The notes under the pieces were generated by a model. The model was not told the origin of the DNA, did no database searches, and worked only from the letters and a program-made list of their open reading frames with translations. Made by a program: the position numbers and the translations under genes. Shown piece after piece: positions 50,157 through 61,093 of a stretch of DNA of 64,000 nt. This stretch comes from Sedimentisphaerales bacterium. GTDB taxonomy: Bacteria; Planctomycetota; Phycisphaerae; Sedimentisphaerales; SM23-30. The DNA lies in NCBI GenBank assembly GCA_963666285.1, contig OY762711.1; one strand, given 5' to 3'. Each line of letters opens with the position of its first letter. Within the stretch, counting starts at the first letter, position 1.

Positions 50157-50943
50157 TTCGCTGTAAGTTGTTGTAATTGCAAGAGTTAGCAACGTTTTGC
50201 AAAGTCTCGCAATTACTATGACTTACAGCACTTTTTATGAAATGGTCAATATTTTCTTTCGAGTCATTACGAGCTAATTCAGCTACTTGCTGCGCTGTAT
50301 TTTGCGCTGCTTTTCGATAGTGATCTTCTGTAATTTGCAGATAATGCTTTTTAGCTATTTCCGGACTGTTTCCTATCCATTCTGTTACTACGTGAATTGG
50401 GAAGTCTTCAACTAATTCCGTCTCTCCACTAGAACGCAAATTCTGGAAAGTCTTTGGCCAAGGTGTTAGCCCCGCCCTTCTGATTATCCTGTGGGCTTGT
50501 GAACGTAAGTTCTGACTATTAGCATCATACTTGGTTATTACTCTGCTTTCGCCCTCAGGTGCAAGCTCAAAGGCTTCTTGAAAGTATGGCAATAGTTCAG
50601 TAAACAACGGAACAATACGAGATTCTTTGCCCTCTATATGTTCGGTTTTTGGGCTTTGAACAATAAACCGCCCTTTAAGTAGTGTAATGAAATTGTCCTG
50701 TTCAACTTTGTAGATTAGTCGTTGCCATCCATCAGTAATTTGGTTGGCATATCCTTCGCGTTTAGGTAATTCTTCAAGAGAAGAGGGGAACTTGTGATGT
50801 TCCTTAAGGTATATATGCATTCTTACAAAACTTTCAACAATGGTTGATTTTCTCTGCATCAGGAGGAATAACGCAAACAAGCGATTATGACAACCAAATA
50901 CTAAGCCTATAATGCTCAATAATAAGACCAAATTGTTTTTCAT
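50119..50943 (-). pseudogene. Chimeric ORF: lipoprotein-like N-terminus fused to the C-terminal half of a tyrosine recombinase; overlaps the tRNA 3' half
   Basis: From about residue 90: SPKT..RIVPL...FQNLRSS...WIGNS...KHY. The integrase N-terminal half is absent. The C-terminal TPPRGLEPLSHG is the tRNA read antisense. Confidence 0.8.
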
Positions 50944-50956
50944 TTATATGATCCTT

Positions 50957-51313
50957 CTATTGCATTCCATTAGCGTCGGTTTCGGGAACTAAGTTACTCT
51001 TTTTCTTCAACTGCCATAGAAAAGTAGTTCCTGTGAATAATAATGGGCAGAGTGATGATGCTAATGAATTCACAATCCATGCAGCCCCCATTTCATCCTG
51101 AACAGATTGACTGAAAAAGGACTCAAGAAAAGCTTCGTGGTATGATGCATATAATAAAAACAGGGAAATAATTCCTCCGATAACAAACATTATTAAAGCA
51201 ATTTTTTGATGAATTATACCGAGTACGCTCATGATCACACTATAAATAATCATAGCACTCCACATTTGTAGAGTTGTCGGCATCTTATCTGCAATTTCAG
51301 CAAGAAATATCAT
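50957..51313 (-). CDS. Hypothetical small membrane protein
   Basis: 118 aa, three hydrophobic segments, SD AAGGA. Confidence 0.7.
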   Translation of the reverse strand: MIFLAEIADKMPTTLQMWSAMIIYSVIMSVLGIIHQKIALIMFVIGGIISLFLLYASYHEAFLESFFSQSVQDEMGAAWIVNSLASSLCPLLFTGTTFLWQLKKKSNLVPETDANGMQ

Positions 51314-51570
51314 TATAATCCTTTTCCAGTTAAGTTTGTGTACTTAAACAGCTACATGATATAAACTCTTGATTAGGTTTAGGAGTATATTCTTTTTTTT
51401 ACACCTCCGCATATAAGTAACAGCATAACTACCATTATTTATACGATCAGTATTTTGACGAAATTGAAGAATTGCTGTTTATTGCTATTTTAACTGATTC
51501 TGAGTATTTTCTGTCCGGGTTCAACCCGTAAAAGGAACCTCATAAGAAAATGAAATATTTTCAGTAGCGA

Positions 51571-52377
51571 TTACGCTTTTTTGTTTTTTTGGAAAGCGGT
51601 TGAGATACCGAAGAAGATAAGTACAATGCCGCCGATTTTCAGGTATCTAGAGAAATTGCTTCTAGTTGGAACTTCGTCGGCGACCATAGTGCTGTTATCA
51701 CGGAATGTATCAGCGGCCGCTGAGCTGCTGACCTCGTCAGAGACAGCGGTCAGTTCAAGATTGTCGTCAATCATCTGGATCAAATCGTCTAAACTTTCCC
51801 TGCTGTCAGTTGTAAGGTTGGCGACGATCAGATAGTCATTGTGTATTTTTGCCAGCTGAGCGGCGTAGATATCGATACCCTGCAGGCTGTATTCGATATC
51901 AATTAAGTAAAAATCTTCGTTCCCCAGTTTTTTTGGGGTGATACTGCCGGTTTTTGAATCGAAAAGCTGTTTTATGCCCTGGGTGGCCAGCCTTAAATAA
52001 TCGGCCCCGGAACTGATTTCGCTCTCAAGTGTCCTGGCGTTGAGTACCATAAAGAGAATATTCTTATTTACGGAGTCAGATTGGCTATTTAAAGGGCGTT
52101 CAGAAATAACCAGTATAACTTTGCCGGGCATCTGGTCCATAATTGAATCAAAGGACGGATCGTCAATATCCATGATTTTATCGGCGTTATCGAAAACATC
52201 CACAATTTCAGTATCTGCGGCAACATACCATTGCTCGGGAACTGAGAATTTTATTCCGACAAATTCATTTTTGTAAACGTTGCTATTGGAATCATCAACG
52301 GCGAAAATCGGATTATTGACAACAAAGAAAGAAATAGTAAATAGAAAAAATGCCCGTTTCATAACCATACTCCTCAA
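51571..52377 (-). CDS. Hypothetical exported protein with C-terminal TM anchor
   Basis: Signal peptide, acidic soluble domain, C-terminal TM followed by KNKKA; likely start about 52368 after GAGGAG. Confidence 0.75.
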   Translation of the reverse strand: MRSMVMKRAFFLFTISFFVVNNPIFAVDDSNSNVYKNEFVGIKFSVPEQWYVAADTEIVDVFDNADKIMDIDDPSFDSIMDQMPGKVILVISERPLNSQSDSVNKNILFMVLNARTLESEISSGADYLRLATQGIKQLFDSKTGSITPKKLGNEDFYLIDIEYSLQGIDIYAAQLAKIHNDYLIVANLTTDSRESLDDLIQMIDDNLELTAVSDEVSSSAAADTFRDNSTMVADEVPTRSNFSRYLKIGGIVLIFFGISTAFQKNKKA

Positions 52378-52656
52378 TTAAAGTTAGAATTAAAAAACCA
52401 TATTCAAACTGATTACAAACAGTTTGAAAGAGTAAAGAATGCGACACTATTATAAATATTACGAACTAAAATACTTATAACATAAATTTTAGATTTAGTA
52501 AATAAATTAATTCAGGACGGACAAGTGGGCAACCTAATTAAGGTATTAGGTGCCAGTTCATAAAATTTCAATCCTACAATTCAGCATTTGCTGAGTGTGC
52601 GTATTGGCGTCAGCAACGGTTTATGATGAGCAGGCAGATTTTTAGCTGTGGTGCTA

Positions 52657-54522
52657 TTATTCCGGTACTTTGGTGAGTCTGAGCAGATGCGAATCGTGGG
52701 CCTTGACGTTTGATTCGAATTTGTGAGAAAATGTGCCCAGGTCGGCCTTGTCCCACAGGCTGCGAATTTTGTATTTACCGGAAATGCCGAGCTCGCTAAA
52801 GTGGAAAATAATCGGTGATGAAAACTCAGGATGAGTTGGCGGAATGGTCGTATAGATAAAACACTGGATAGAAGCGCCTTCTGTTTGGGCCTGGTTGGCA
52901 CCGCCGTCGTCAAGAGCAGCCGAACCGCTGAGAGACTGGTATTTTCCCTGGGGCAGGTCATATTCGATAATGGATATCGAGTGGGTACCTATTCCGTTTT
53001 CGTATTTGGTGCCGTTGACGAGCAGATCATTGCCGGAAATGCTTTTGTTAATGCCTATGTCGCCCCAGCCTGTGGAGGCTTTGTGCCAGGTAAGGTCTGT
53101 CAGATTGGCAGTGTTGCCCTGAGAATCGGTAAGTTTCATATCCAGCCAGTCGGCATGGTCGCAGGCAAAGCCGTCGAGGGCATCTTCGACGATAAGATAA
53201 AGTTTGCCGGAGCCGTTAAGATTGACATTAAACGGAATGATTTTGCTATCAGATTTGCGAGTAATAACAGGCCCTACCCATGCGGCAGCGGGAGTATCAT
53301 AAATAGATTTATCCTGGGCGTTGATCAAAGCCACGAAAATGTCTTCGCTGTTGCGGTCGTTGGCGGACCAGACGATGAGGTCGTCGTTACGTGACAGTTG
53401 TTTGCCATTTTTGCTATGCTGGTTGACGTATATTATTTCCTCATTGGTGAGAAGTGAAAGAGTGTACTGGTCGTTATTGGGCATATGGCCGCCCATCATA
53501 TACGGAGACCGGGCAATGGCCCATGTAGTCATCATGGTTTTCTGCTCGGTGGTAGTGAATCTAGTCCAGCCTTCTTTGCTTCGTGCCCGGATATTGCCAA
53601 GAGGAAGCATGTCGGCATCCGGATAATGGCCGTCATCGCAAAATTTGGACCAGTTATCGAGTCTTTCAAACTGATCTTTGAGCAGCCGCCACTGATCCCA
53701 GAAATCATCGCTGATACGCCAGAGATTAGCATGGGTTGAGACATGCGGTCCGGCAGTAAGCGGAGTAGCGCCGGGTGAGGTGCTGAATACCATAGGGCGT
53801 CCGCAGTTGTCAATGGCGTTGCGAATAGCAGTAACCTCGGATTGATGATATGGTCTGCTGAGGTCGTCAATTTTGACATAGTCAACATCCCAGGATGCCA
53901 TTAATTCAAAAATAGAATTGTAATATTCCTGGGCACCGGGCTTAGTCATATCAACGCCGTACATATCCGGGTTCCAAGGGCAGGTACTGGAGGTATCGGC
54001 AATGTCGCGGGCGGTAAAATCAGTGCCCTTGATTTTTGTGTTGCGTTCGTATGCCAGCTTGGGAATTCCGCGCATCATATGTACGCCGAATTTAAGCCCT
54101 AGAGAATGGACATAATCAGATAGCGGTTTGAAGCCTTTGCCGTCGATTGATGATGGATGCTTGTTGGCAACAGGCCATACCCTGCCGAATTCATCGATGT
54201 TGGTGTCGAGTTTAGGTGGATATGAGTAAGGGTCCCTGCTGTTCAGATCAGATTTTGGTTCGTACCACTGTATATCGACGATAATATATTCCCAACCGTA
54301 CTGCTTGAGATTTTGGGCCATATAGTCAGCGTTTGCTTTGACTTCATCTTCTGTGACACTACATCCGAAACAATCCCAGCTATTCCAGCCCATGGGCGGT
54401 GTTGGGGCAAACTGCCAGTAATTGGTGTTTTGAGAGAAAGCAACAGAAGATGAGATGAATATAGCGGCAAAAAGTAAAAATAAGGTTTTATAACCCGTGT
54501 TATTATTAGAAGATATATGCAT
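52657..54522 (-). CDS. GH27 alpha-galactosidase-like enzyme with NPCBM/NEW2 module
   Basis: TPPMGWNSW, VDIQW, VDYVKIDD, WRISDDFWD, PDADMLPLG; GWG...NKSISG...YENGIGTH. Confidence 0.9.
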   Translation of the reverse strand: MHISSNNNTGYKTLFLLFAAIFISSSVAFSQNTNYWQFAPTPPMGWNSWDCFGCSVTEDEVKANADYMAQNLKQYGWEYIIVDIQWYEPKSDLNSRDPYSYPPKLDTNIDEFGRVWPVANKHPSSIDGKGFKPLSDYVHSLGLKFGVHMMRGIPKLAYERNTKIKGTDFTARDIADTSSTCPWNPDMYGVDMTKPGAQEYYNSIFELMASWDVDYVKIDDLSRPYHQSEVTAIRNAIDNCGRPMVFSTSPGATPLTAGPHVSTHANLWRISDDFWDQWRLLKDQFERLDNWSKFCDDGHYPDADMLPLGNIRARSKEGWTRFTTTEQKTMMTTWAIARSPYMMGGHMPNNDQYTLSLLTNEEIIYVNQHSKNGKQLSRNDDLIVWSANDRNSEDIFVALINAQDKSIYDTPAAAWVGPVITRKSDSKIIPFNVNLNGSGKLYLIVEDALDGFACDHADWLDMKLTDSQGNTANLTDLTWHKASTGWGDIGINKSISGNDLLVNGTKYENGIGTHSISIIEYDLPQGKYQSLSGSAALDDGGANQAQTEGASIQCFIYTTIPPTHPEFSSPIIFHFSELGISGKYKIRSLWDKADLGTFSHKFESNVKAHDSHLLRLTKVPE

Positions 54523-54649
54523 TAGTACTCCAATTTAGCAATATGCTAAGTTCAATCAAAACAACTATCGCAAAACTATCATTTTTAAGCTTAGAATACT
54601 ATAAAATGATATATTGAATTAATCAAGCCGCAAATAGACTTTACGTAAT

Positions 54650-56224
54650 TCATTTTTGTAAATTTACAGCGTCAATCTGATCGGAAATTCGATAAAAATC
54701 AAAGTCAACATAGCCGCCGGGAGTTTTGGAGGCATAATTGAACAGCCCGAAACGATATCCCATAAAATGTGGTAAAGTGTATTCCATTTGCAGCATAGGG
54801 CCGATTGGAGACCAATTTGAGCCATCGAGGCTATAATAAAAATATGCTTTGTCGGTACGGTCAGTGAAATCGCAATCGATTCTTAGATGTATATTGTTGG
54901 TATTTAACGGTATGGTATGGATTTGCTGATTGCGGTCTGACTGAGAATTTGCCATGGTAATGAATAAATCAGGGCCGTCCTTTTTTACTCCTACATATCC
55001 GTATTTTTTCTGGAGAGCGATCAGCCCGGCACAATCTCCATCTTTCATGTTTGAAGCGTCAATTTTGATGGAAGCAGAACAAGTCGGGCCAAAAGTCCGC
55101 TGAGTAAGCATATTGCGGGCTTCGAGTACGTTATGGTCTACTCTGCCTGTTGTTATCCTGAGGAAACCGGGCCGCTGGGAAAGAGACCAGTTACTATTGA
55201 CCGGATTATGGTTCCATTGCCAAGCCAACGGCATAGATTCGCCTTCTTTTCGGCTGAATTCATCAGATGCGACAATGTTTGCCATGGAGCGATTGTTGCC
55301 CGGAATGTCGAGCTTGACCGGAACCTTTCCATCTATGCCGAGGATAGGCCAGCCATCTTCCCATTTTACCGGAACCAGAAACGGAATACGCCCTACCGCA
55401 CCATGATCCTGGAAAAGCATGGCATACCAATTGCCATCGGGTGTGTCGATTAGGCAGCCCTGGGCGATTCCCTGGTCGTGTAGAACGACTTTACCTTCGT
55501 AAGGGCCGGTGATATTATCGGCACGATGAATGATCTGGGTACGCATGTCATTCCTGGGCCAGGTAATATTCATAATGTAGTATTTACCGTTAACCTTTAA
55601 CATCTGTGAGCCTTCGGCGCGTAATCCTATGTTTGGCCCGGCGACAGCACTGGCATTTTTAATAATAATATCATTGAAGCCATGGGGTTTGATGCCTGAA
55701 AGATCTTTATTTAGCTCAACTAACCGTAGATCACCAGCACCGTAAACCATATATACGCGGCCATCATCATCGAAGAAAAGCGAATGATCGTGCAGTGATG
55801 GTGAAAATGAGGTTTCGTGCCACTGACACTTATCGATATCTTTGGTGGAAAATATATGAGTTTTGCCGCTTGTGCTGGAAAAAGTAGAGACGTAGTAAGT
55901 GCCGTTATGGAAACGGAGACTACTGGCCCAGGAACCGGCCCCATAGCAACTTTTGCCGTTTTCAAGGTTCATGAGGTCGTTATCTACTAATGTGTCGTAG
56001 GCGTAGCCAAGCATCTGCCAGCCGGCCAGGTCTTTTGAAGTCATAATCGGAAGGCCGGGATTCATGTGCATTGTAGTACTGCTCATATAATATGTATCGT
56101 TTACTCGAATAACGGCAACATCGGGTACATCGGCCCAGATAACAGGATTTGAAGCTGAAAAGGCATTTGAGCAGAAAGAAAAAATGGAATAGAACATTAA
56201 AATAAAAAGACGGTAATTTCTCAA
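54650..56224 (-). CDS. GH43 glycoside hydrolase with C-terminal beta-sandwich (beta-xylosidase-like)
   Basis: NPVIWADVPD, GSWASSLR, HDHSLFFDDDG, AEGS, WQWNHNP, HFMGYRFGLF. Confidence 0.92.
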   Translation of the reverse strand: MRNYRLFILMFYSIFSFCSNAFSASNPVIWADVPDVAVIRVNDTYYMSSTTMHMNPGLPIMTSKDLAGWQMLGYAYDTLVDNDLMNLENGKSCYGAGSWASSLRFHNGTYYVSTFSSTSGKTHIFSTKDIDKCQWHETSFSPSLHDHSLFFDDDGRVYMVYGAGDLRLVELNKDLSGIKPHGFNDIIIKNASAVAGPNIGLRAEGSQMLKVNGKYYIMNITWPRNDMRTQIIHRADNITGPYEGKVVLHDQGIAQGCLIDTPDGNWYAMLFQDHGAVGRIPFLVPVKWEDGWPILGIDGKVPVKLDIPGNNRSMANIVASDEFSRKEGESMPLAWQWNHNPVNSNWSLSQRPGFLRITTGRVDHNVLEARNMLTQRTFGPTCSASIKIDASNMKDGDCAGLIALQKKYGYVGVKKDGPDLFITMANSQSDRNQQIHTIPLNTNNIHLRIDCDFTDRTDKAYFYYSLDGSNWSPIGPMLQMEYTLPHFMGYRFGLFNYASKTPGGYVDFDFYRISDQIDAVNLQK

Positions 56225-56426
56225 AACAGAACTCCTAAAAAAAACACAATATCTTCCTAAAACACATACCCGTCACTCAAAGGCAAGAAACTTTGACTGG
56301 TAATGACAGGGATTCAATCAATTAAAATACTATATATCAGAACAAAATAGAACTGAAGCATAATCAATATTACATAGCAAATCAGCAGCAAGGAGCTAAA
56401 GTAAAGTATATTGCATTGAAAATCAA

Positions 56427-56657
56427 TTACAGTTGAAGTAATTCTTTTGCATAGTCAACATCATCCTGAAAAACAATAAGATCGAAACCGCCGGATGAAA
56501 AAGCGATTTCAGGTCTAAGCCCGCCGCAATCGTCCCCTTCAACAATTGCCCTGATATAGTTAGATTCAAGAAGTGATTTGGCCATTTCGGCATCAACTCG
56601 AGTAGCATACGATTGTATAGTGACAGTCTGGCTCATAATGCCTCCCTTATAAAACAA
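56427..56657 (-). CDS. DUF2007-like small protein
   Basis: AEMAKSLLES..I...V...D...AKELL; likely start at MSQTV after AGGGAGG. Confidence 0.7.
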   Translation of the reverse strand: MFYKGGIMSQTVTIQSYATRVDAEMAKSLLESNYIRAIVEGDDCGGLRPEIAFSSGGFDLIVFQDDVDYAKELLQL

Positions 56658-56660
56658 AGA

Positions 56661-57311
56661 CTAATTGTCGTCTAAGACTTCTATATCCTTCATATGGGCA
56701 ATGTCGCCCCAGGTGTCAAGAACCCAACGATTATTATCAACTGTAAACCTTGAAATACAAGCATTAAAAAGCGAAAAACATCGCGGATTGGAAAGGTCCA
56801 TGCCGACAGCATGGTGGAAGAAGCTGCTAAGCACTCCGCCATGGGCGACAATTAAAATAGTCTGGCCTGGATGATTGGCACAAATGTCATTTGCAGCAGA
56901 AACGCACCTTTCAGACCGCTGAATAAGACTTTCACCGTCAGGGATAGGCCAAGCAGGATCAAAAGTAAGATATTTTTTGAGACGATCGGGAGCTATTTCA
57001 CCATACATTTCATGGGTGAGGCCTTCCATTTCGCCCATATTGCGTTCTCGCAGTCGAGAATCGATATTAACCTTCACTTTAAGCCGATCAGCAATAATGT
57101 TGGCGGTATCAACCGCCCTTTTAAGATCACTAGAGTATATAAGCTCTACATGTCTACCGGCCATGCCTTCGGCGACTGCCCGGGCTTGAGCGAGACCTAA
57201 ATCAGTAAGGGGGCTGTCGTGCCAGCCCTGCATTTTACCGGCCCTGTTCCATTCGGTTTCACCATGTCTTACGGCATACATAATAGTCGGCGAAGTACCA
57301 CCCATATTCAT
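56661..57311 (-). CDS. Histidine phosphatase (phosphoglycerate mutase family)
   Basis: RHGETEWN, SSDLKRA, LRERNMG, VAHGG. Confidence 0.93.
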   Translation of the reverse strand: MNMGGTSPTIMYAVRHGETEWNRAGKMQGWHDSPLTDLGLAQARAVAEGMAGRHVELIYSSDLKRAVDTANIIADRLKVKVNIDSRLRERNMGEMEGLTHEMYGEIAPDRLKKYLTFDPAWPIPDGESLIQRSERCVSAANDICANHPGQTILIVAHGGVLSSFFHHAVGMDLSNPRCFSLFNACISRFTVDNNRWVLDTWGDIAHMKDIEVLDDN

Positions 57312-57543
57312 ATCTCTCTTTCATTAAATGGTTTATGGAATTATCAAAAAGATATTATATATAATTATCAGCTTTAAGCAACGATCAAAATTGTGTAAAT
57401 TTGAAACAATGTTAAAGATATTATCAGAGAAGGAATTTTGTAATCTTGACATATTTTATCAAAAGCCTATAATTATCCTATTTGTGTTCTCTAAGTTGAA
57501 TTATGATGGACACTTATACATGATTTATTAAGAGCAGGAGCAT

Positions 57544-58587
57544 ATGACAACCATACAAAAAACTGTAGCAGAACTGGCAGAACACGTCGGCGGCACAATA
57601 GAAGGTGACGAAAATGCCATAATAACCGGAGCTTCAACTCTTTCGGAAGCAGGCGGAAGTGATGTCAGCTTTTTAGCAAATTCTAAATATGAGAAAGAAT
57701 TTGAAACATCAAAAGCCGGCGTAATTGTAGTAGATATGGAAATACCAAACAACGGAAAGAACGTAATCCGGTGTAAAGATCCATATTACGCATTTATGCA
57801 AATGGTAGTATTGCTGCATGGTCATCGGGAGCATAAAGAGACAGGAATAAGCGAAAAAGCCAGTGTATCGAAAACCGCGAAAATCGGAGAGAATGTCGAT
57901 ATCCAGGATTTTGTTTATGTATCAGAAGATGTCGAAATAGGTGACGGAACAAATATTTACCCTAATTGTACGATCGGACCTGGAAGTAAAATCGGCAAAG
58001 AGTGTATCATTTATCCAAATGTGACTATATATGATGGATGTGTTATAGGTGACCGAGTAACAATTCATGCCGGAACAGTCATAGGCCAGGATGGATTTGG
58101 CTATGCAACTCATGACGGCGTTCATCATAAAATACCTCAGATTGGCGGAGTGGTTATTGAAGATGACGTAGAACTTGGTGCGGGCTGTACAATAGATCGC
58201 GGCACATTGGGTGACACGGTAATTGGTGAAGGAACAAAAACCAGTAACCTGATAGCGATCGGACATAACACAAAGGTAGGAAAGCGTTGTCTGCTGGTTG
58301 CACAAGTAGGCATTGCAGGCAGTGTCGAAGTAGGCAACTATTGCGTATTTGGCGGCCAGGTTGGTGTAGTAGGTCATATAAAGATAGGTGATAATGTTCA
58401 GATTGGCGCCCAAGCCGGGGTAACGCATGACCTGGAAGGAAATCAGGCCGTGGTCGGCTCACCAGCAATACCGATGAGTCAGGCACGTCGAAGTTATGCA
58501 TTACTGAAAGATCTGCCGGAATTTCGTAAGAAGCTTCGCGCAATAGATAAGCAGATAAGCAAGATGGTTTCTGATGAAGATGAATAA
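57544..58587 (+). CDS. lpxD: UDP-3-O-acylglucosamine N-acyltransferase
   Basis: Hexapeptide repeats, [34 protein letters not shown]. Confidence 0.96.
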   Translation: MTTIQKTVAELAEHVGGTIEGDENAIITGASTLSEAGGSDVSFLANSKYEKEFETSKAGVIVVDMEIPNNGKNVIRCKDPYYAFMQMVVLLHGHREHKETGISEKASVSKTAKIGENVDIQDFVYVSEDVEIGDGTNIYPNCTIGPGSKIGKECIIYPNVTIYDGCVIGDRVTIHAGTVIGQDGFGYATHDGVHHKIPQIGGVVIEDDVELGAGCTIDRGTLGDTVIGEGTKTSNLIAIGHNTKVGKRCLLVAQVGIAGSVEVGNYCVFGGQVGVVGHIKIGDNVQIGAQAGVTHDLEGNQAVVGSPAIPMSQARRSYALLKDLPEFRKKLRAIDKQISKMVSDEDE

Positions 58588-58623
58588 TAAAATCATCATC
58601 GTTCCTATCCAATATATTCAGAT

Positions 58624-59466
58624 ATGGAAAAAGAAATAATAGGATTAATTGCAGGTCAAGGAAGACTACCATTTATGGTCGCACAAGGAGCCAAGCGTGC
58701 AGGTTTGAAGGTTGCGTGTGTTGGCTTTCGCGATCAGGCAGACCCCCTGCTAGCAGACGAAGTTGATACATTCAAATGGGTTTCGGTAGCGAGACCGGGT
58801 GGCTGGATCCGCGAGCTTCGCCGCCAGGGTGTAAGTGACACAATAATGGTTGGCCGGGTGGCAAAGACAAATATCTATACCCCATTTCGCATAATTCAAT
58901 ACCTGCCAGACTGGCGAGCATTTCGTGTCTGGTATGGCCGCCTCGGAAAAAAAGATAAACGAAACGATACATTGTTATGTGCATTGGCCGATGAGCTGGC
59001 CGGAGGAGGTGTTGTACTGGTGGATTCGACAAAATACATAGAAGAAAATATGGCCAAAGAAGGCGTATTAACAAAATGCAAGCCATCCGAGACAATAGCC
59101 GGTGATATCGATTTTGGCTGGACTATAGTAAAACGAATGGGCGACCTTGATATAGGCCAGGCAATAGCAGTTAAAGAACAGGAAGTTATTGCTGTCGAAG
59201 CCATTGAAGGTACTAATAAGATGATAAAGCGTGCCGGCGAATTATGCAGAGCCGGCGGCTGGACCTTGATAAAAACGGGCAAACCCAGTCAAGACATGCG
59301 ATTTGACGTACCAACAGTAGGCCCGGACACAATCGAGAAATTGCGAGACAGCGGCGCAAAATGCCTGGCAATAGAAGCAGGTAAAACAATAATAGTCGAC
59401 TTAGAACAAACCATGGCTCTGGCTGATAAGAATAAGATTTGCGTGGTAGGAGTCGGTGATAAATAG
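58624..59466 (+). CDS. lpxI: UDP-2,3-diacylglucosamine diphosphatase LpxI family
   Basis: GLIAGQGRLP, DIGQ, AVEAIEGT, QDMRFDVPTVG. Confidence 0.92.
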   Translation: MEKEIIGLIAGQGRLPFMVAQGAKRAGLKVACVGFRDQADPLLADEVDTFKWVSVARPGGWIRELRRQGVSDTIMVGRVAKTNIYTPFRIIQYLPDWRAFRVWYGRLGKKDKRNDTLLCALADELAGGGVVLVDSTKYIEENMAKEGVLTKCKPSETIAGDIDFGWTIVKRMGDLDIGQAIAVKEQEVIAVEAIEGTNKMIKRAGELCRAGGWTLIKTGKPSQDMRFDVPTVGPDTIEKLRDSGAKCLAIEAGKTIIVDLEQTMALADKNKICVVGVGDK

Positions 59467-59494
59467 CTCTTTTTGGTTTACTTCTTAACATTTC

Positions 59495-60784
59495 ATGAAA
59501 ATTAATATCCATAATCAATTATCAGGATGCCAAAGCTATTCTTGCATTAATTGCGGTCATGGCTGTAAAAGTTTTATGGTACCGGTTTCTATTGATGAGC
59601 AACGAAGCATTATGGATTTAGAAGACTGGTTTTCAACCTTGAATACCGATACACTCTTTGTTGACATTTCAGCTCCCGGTTTCACTGACGGAGCATTAGC
59701 CAAAAGGACGGATAAAAGCTGTGTATTCCTGGATGTTGAAGACAATTTATGCATGATCCATAAGAAATACGGCTTTCAGGCCAAGCCAAAAGCGTGCCAG
59801 TTGTTCCCATTTGTAATAACTCCCTTTGACGGAGAAATCAGAATTGCTCTCAGGTTTGACTGCAGCGGAGTGTGCAAAAATTCTGCAGGCAGGCTTGATG
59901 ATAATATTAAAGATATCAAAAGACTGGCACAATCAATCTATTCCCCTGCTGCATTAGAGAAGATACAAAAAACATCGATTCCGCCGATCTATGGAAACAT
60001 GATAATAGAATCAGATAAGTTTAACCATATTAATGATTCAATATTGGCTAAGATCGTAACAAGACAATTACCTATTAATAAATTGGTGTTGTGGCTGGTG
60101 AGTTTTGCAGAACACATAAGTAAAGTTAACTGGAAAAATGTCGAAACAAATGATTTTAACGGTTTACTTAGTCTCCTTGCTGACGGCACCTTCAAAGAAG
60201 CAGAAAATCAAAATATAGAGACAGGATCGGTAACAGCCAAAGCCAGGGCAATGTTCGGTCAAATACTGTATATTTTATGCCGAGGGCCAGAAATTATAAC
60301 AGAAGACAAGATAGGTTATATAAAAAGACTCAAAAACCGATTATCAGATGCTGCTGCATTAAAACAATTCGGGAATAATAGAGGGCCAGTACCAAAACTA
60401 TGGGATAATTGGGAAAAACTGGATTTTTCCGAGATGGAGAAGAGTTATGGAAAAATGCCAGAAGAGGCGACAGATTTGCTTTATCGGTATTTAATAAATC
60501 GAATAGCCGGATTGAATTACTGTGGGCCAAACTATTATAATTACAGCATGGTCAACGGAATTTACAGTCTGGCTTACGCAATATCAGCTATAGGCTGGCT
60601 AGCCAGGGCAAATGCCGCAATTAATAATAGAACTGAGTATCAATATGATGATTTTGCCAAGGCAGTAATGGTTGTGGATAGTAATAACGGGTATGGATCA
60701 GCTCTGAATGCCGGTGGTGCCGGTTTACGATTAAAATACCTGCATAACCACTGCAACAGCATAATTAGACAATATATAGATTAG
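59495..60784 (+). CDS. YkgJ/FliB-like cysteine-cluster protein
   Basis: C..C..GC, CVFLD...LC.IH, KP..CQLFP, C; C-terminal helical domain with LLYRYL. Confidence 0.7.
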   Translation: MKINIHNQLSGCQSYSCINCGHGCKSFMVPVSIDEQRSIMDLEDWFSTLNTDTLFVDISAPGFTDGALAKRTDKSCVFLDVEDNLCMIHKKYGFQAKPKACQLFPFVITPFDGEIRIALRFDCSGVCKNSAGRLDDNIKDIKRLAQSIYSPAALEKIQKTSIPPIYGNMIIESDKFNHINDSILAKIVTRQLPINKLVLWLVSFAEHISKVNWKNVETNDFNGLLSLLADGTFKEAENQNIETGSVTAKARAMFGQILYILCRGPEIITEDKIGYIKRLKNRLSDAAALKQFGNNRGPVPKLWDNWEKLDFSEMEKSYGKMPEEATDLLYRYLINRIAGLNYCGPNYYNYSMVNGIYSLAYAISAIGWLARANAAINNRTEYQYDDFAKAVMVVDSNNGYGSALNAGGAGLRLKYLHNHCNSIIRQYID

Positions 60785-61093
60785 TTTTGAATAATGCCAG
60801 AGATACGGCCTGAAAACAGTTATTAACGTAATCCCTTTCAGCAAAAGAGATTATATTATTCTTTATTTTGCGATAATGTTAAAATAGCATAGTTCAGGAT
60901 TTGGAGTTGCCAGATAATTATAAGGGTATTATAATTTTTATAATATAGCTGTCTTTCAGATAGTCTAAATATGTAAATTGAGTATGATACATTTAATTTG
61001 CATATAAGTTTAGCAACAAAAAAGAAATTAAAGCACACAAAGGACTGTGCTTTTTGGTGCTCAAAGCAACTATTTTAAACATGGAGGTAAATT

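Noticed and set aside
51515..51530. GGGTTCAACCC as the second att copy of the tRNA 3' end
   Set aside because: Too short and mismatched to GGGGTTCGAGTCCCC.
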